The notes beneath the pieces are model-generated. The model was not told the origin of the DNA. It saw only the letters and a program-made list of their open reading frames with translations, and ran no database searches. This document shows positions 60,444-64,000 of a stretch of DNA of 64,000 nucleotides, one piece after another (positions within the stretch are counted from its first letter, which is position 1; each line of letters starts with the position of its first letter). Source of the stretch: the human T2T-CHM13v2.0 reference genome, Homo sapiens; the NCBI RefSeq assembly GCF_009914755.1, contig NC_060936.1. One strand, given 5' to 3'. The position numbers and the translations under genes were made by a program.

Positions 60444-62165
60444 ATTTTTTTTGTAATTAGTAAAGTCAATTTTTATGGAGAACTGGAGAATGGAGTCAAA
60501 CATTAATAGCATTTCTTGGCAACTTGCCATCTGCTGGGAAGCTGCTGCCCAGTGACACTTAAAAGTCAGTTATCCCCATGTCAGCTCAAGACAGTAAGAG
60601 AAAACAAGGGCCGGGCATGGTGGCTCACGCCTGTAATCCCAGCACTTTGGGAGGCTGGGGCAGGCGGATCATGGAAGTCAGGAGTTTGAGACCAGCCTGA
60701 CCAACATGGTGAAACCCCATCTCTACTAAAAATACAAAAATTAGCCAGGCGTGGCAGCACACGCTTGTAATCCCAGCTACTTGGGAGGCTGAGGCAAGAG
60801 AATTGCTTGAATCTGGGAGGCGAGGTTGCAGTGAGCCAAGATTGCGCCATTGCACTCCAGCGTGAGCAACAGAGCAAGACTGTCTAAAAAAAAAAAAAAA
60901 AAAGAGAAAATAAGAGGGTTGGAAGAGCTAAAGGCTCTGTTCCTTGTCCATGTGCTCTATTAGCTTCTAGGCTGTATGATGCCCAGTTGTGCCTCTGATG
61001 TAGAAACAAACACATTCCCTGCACGTTGATTTGCAAGATTTGTAAAGGTGAGGTTCCAGAATCTGATTTGCTTGTAAATTTACGTCACTTAAGCTGGATT
61101 TTACCTTACAGTTGTTTTTCTTTTAAAGCCATGCTTTATAGCTTGGCTTGTTAGAACTCTTCTGGAGTCCACGTAGAAAACAAATAGGGAAAAATGCTGA
61201 GAGGTGAGAAAGCCATTGGGAGATTGCCAGTTGCAGGGCCTCAGTTGTGCAGTCTGTCCAGCAGGCCTAGGCGGCATGTCCAGTAGGCCTAGGTGGCATG
61301 TCCAGTGCATACATCCAAGCACACCTTTCTCTTTGAGGCTGCCAATGAAGGCTCTTCTCACCTCAGTGACAGCTTTGGATGCTTACACATTCAATGCAGG
61401 GCTCATTCTACACCTCCTGTTGCGAGTGTACAGGACCCTTCCCCAGCCCAAACGCCCTGTAGAAAATAAAGGCTCTAGAACAACACCTAAGAAACCAGTA
61501 AGAGTGGGAGGGGAAATTTGGAGCTGGAGATAAGGGAGAATGGTTTCCGTTTGTCTCCTCTCTCATACCTTTGCAACTTTCTGCCACATGCAGGAAGGGG
61601 ACACAGCACCCATTTCGCTAGAGCCTGTTCCTGCTGGCCTTCAGCCTTGTCATGGCTGAGAATTCGCCTCATGCCTGCATCAAAGAAAGACAAGTCTCTC
61701 TCATTTGTCTTTGTCTACTGCTCAGCAAAGCAAATTCTCATTGCAGGTATTTAGGGCCTAAGGTATAGAGTAAGAATTAAAATCCCTTTGGGAGGCACTG
61801 TCAGAGACCACCACGTGGACTCTCAACACATCCAGTGCAGCCCATTTTTTCCCTGGCACCAGAGCAGATAATTCTTCCAGTGAGCACCATATGAAGTAGC
61901 TTGAAGTTAGGAGCCGTACTTTATGAAAAAGATTCCTGTAGCACCCACCAAAAGCCCACAGGATAAGCACCTACGAACTGAGAATGGCCTAACCATGGGG
62001 TAACAGGCCAACTCAATAATACTGCTTCTGGCCGGGCGTGGTGGCTCACGCCTGTAAACCCAGCACTTTGGGAGGCCAAGGCGGCTGGGTCACCTGAGGT
62101 CAGAAGTTGGAGACCAGCCTGACCAACATGGTAAAATCCCATCTCTACTAAAAATACAAAAATTA

Positions 62166-62330
<165 letters not shown>

Positions 62331-62531
62331 TTAAAAACTGCTGCTATTTTTTTTTCCTAGCATACACTTAAGTTTGCTGCACTTAAAATACACCCATAAT
62401 GCAACTTCACTTTATCCCTACCTCTGACTTAGCAAACACATTCTTTCCCCAGCCAACTGTGCTAATGATATCACCAAAATGTTTCCGTGTCAGATGGGAA
62501 AATACAGTTTGAACAGGCATCTCCTACCTCT

Positions 62532-63117
62532 TGTAAAAGGTAAAGTAGAGGTTCCTCTCCAAAGACTTTCCTCCCCATTTAATTTGGAATAAACGGTAAC
62601 TTCTCTTCGAAGCAAAATTTATTCAAAGACCTGTGCTAACATTCCTAATTATCTGCTAGCCGTGGTAAAGAAATCAATGTACTTTATGTTCTTAGCTCCC
62701 ACAATTTAGCCTAAATATTTGCCCTGGCATGCTTACACTGGTCGGAGCAAGCATTAGGTCATAGCCTGTTCCTCTTCCTTATTTAAAAGTGTTTACCTTT
62801 CTCACCATTCCACAAGTTACTTTCTCCTTCCTTTGTTCTCTTCTGCCTTCGCCTCTTTTAAAAAGTTTTAAGTTGCTTCCCAATCAGGACAAATACAGAA
62901 TATGAGGTCCCGTTCCAGCCAATGGAAACCGGACACAGCAGTAGGGTGGACGCATCAGGTTACAAATGACCCTGTCTCTTTGTTCGGTGTACTCTCGTGG
63001 CAAAACTGCTGGCGAATGTACCCTTTCTGCGGGAAGTAAAAATGGCCTTGCTGAGTAAATTAAATTTATGTTCAAGTGCTATTTCTTCACGGCACCGGGG
63101 AACAAGCATTTCAAACA
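62532..63117 (+). mobile_element. Solo ERV1 LTR, LTR10-like (HERV-I family; probably LTR10C), 586 bp
   Basis: TG...CA termini (TGTAAAAGGTAAAGTAGAGG ... GAACAAGCATTTCAAACA); near-TSD CTCT/CTTT; internal CCAAT boxes; subfamily call is from memory. Confidence 0.7.
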
Positions 63118-63524
63118 CTTTCATGAGAGATTATTTAAAATAGCACTTCTTTACACCAGGCGTGGTAGCTCACACCTATAATCCCAGTACTTTGAGAGGC
63201 TAAGGTGGAAGGATCACTTGAGCCCAGGATCCAGCCTAGGCAACATAGTGAGACCTCATCTCTGCAAAAAAAATTTTTTTTCCATCACACACCCATTCAT
63301 TCAATACAAAAAGTCTTTTAAAAATTATTCAGGCATAGTGGCACACACCTGTAGTTCCAGCCACTAGGGAGGCTGAGATGGGAGGATTGCTTGAGCCCAG
63401 GAGGTTGAGGCTGCGGTGAGCCAAGATTATATTACTGCACTCCAGCCTGGGTGGCAAAACAAGACCCTGTCTCAAAAAAATAAAACAGCACGTAAGAATT
63501 CAAGGAACCCACATTTTAATACAA

Positions 63525-64000
63525 ATTGTTAATGAAAATAAGCTTTATTACATCAAGTAATAAATACATACAAAGATGCAAACAGTTTTAGTCATTTTCT
63601 TCCAGATGTTTTTATCAACTTACAATAAACGCAGAACTGAGATCTACTTACAGTCTTAGTATGAAAGTGTTCGGGGGTCCTTGTTAGGTTTGGTGGGTTG
63701 CTCTTTCTTCTGTATTTATAACTTGTGCATTTTTAAAAATTGACTTTGAAGCACTAATAGTCATGCAAATGCTTAAGCAAAAAATAAGTTACATTAAGCA
63801 GAACCTACATTGTATGGCAAATGGGAACCGGCTACTAAGTAAAGCGTGCTGTCAATATGCGTTCAAAACAAAATCCCTACAGTGGTATTAGCTTATGAAA
63901 AGGAACAAAGAACACCATGGGTAACAAATGTATACAAAAGAGAAGATTAAAGGGAGACAATGGTGTCTTGGAGGCAAACTACAGTTTGCTGTAAGATAAC
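63525..64000 (-). other. CDK2AP1: 3' end of a minus-strand 3' UTR, probably CDK2AP1; poly(A) signal AATAAA at 63544-63549 (-)
   Basis: Repeat-free AT-rich sequence with TGTA elements and AATAAA on minus; gene identity rests on recalled gene order next to C12orf65, no CDS in window. Confidence 0.7.

Overview
Primate DNA, almost certainly human, and very Alu-dense (about 100 Alu copies by eye count, roughly 45% of the window). I recognise it as the MPHOSPH9 - MTRFR (C12orf65) - CDK2AP1 neighbourhood at 12q24.31. Minus strand: the 5' part of MPHOSPH9, with non-coding exon 1 and 11 coding exons that I spliced by hand into an open 675-codon frame (MEEFDLVK...NNLLEIEV); it runs off the left edge. 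Plus strand: the complete MTRFR gene, encoding a 166-aa GGQ-motif mitochondrial ribosome rescue factor. The two genes share a CpG-island bidirectional promoter at about 35.1-36.4 kb. The right edge is probably the 3' UTR end of CDK2AP1 (minus). MTRFR intron 1 holds a rearranged old L1 with a nested ERV9/LTR12 solo LTR and a Y1 RNA pseudogene split by an Alu. MPHOSPH9 intron 8 holds a 33-nt U2 snRNA retro-fragment. Almost all other ORFs in the track are Alu/L1/LTR artefacts. I see no wholly new biological system. The best second-look items are: a four-uORF cluster ahead of the MPHOSPH9 start codon, a possible LTR12-driven alternative MPHOSPH9 first exon, a leaky-scanning alternative ORF in MTRFR, transposon-built MTRFR poly(A) signals, and several DNA-repair and retrotransposition scars, including an inverted 23-nt templated insertion copied from 1.2 kb away.
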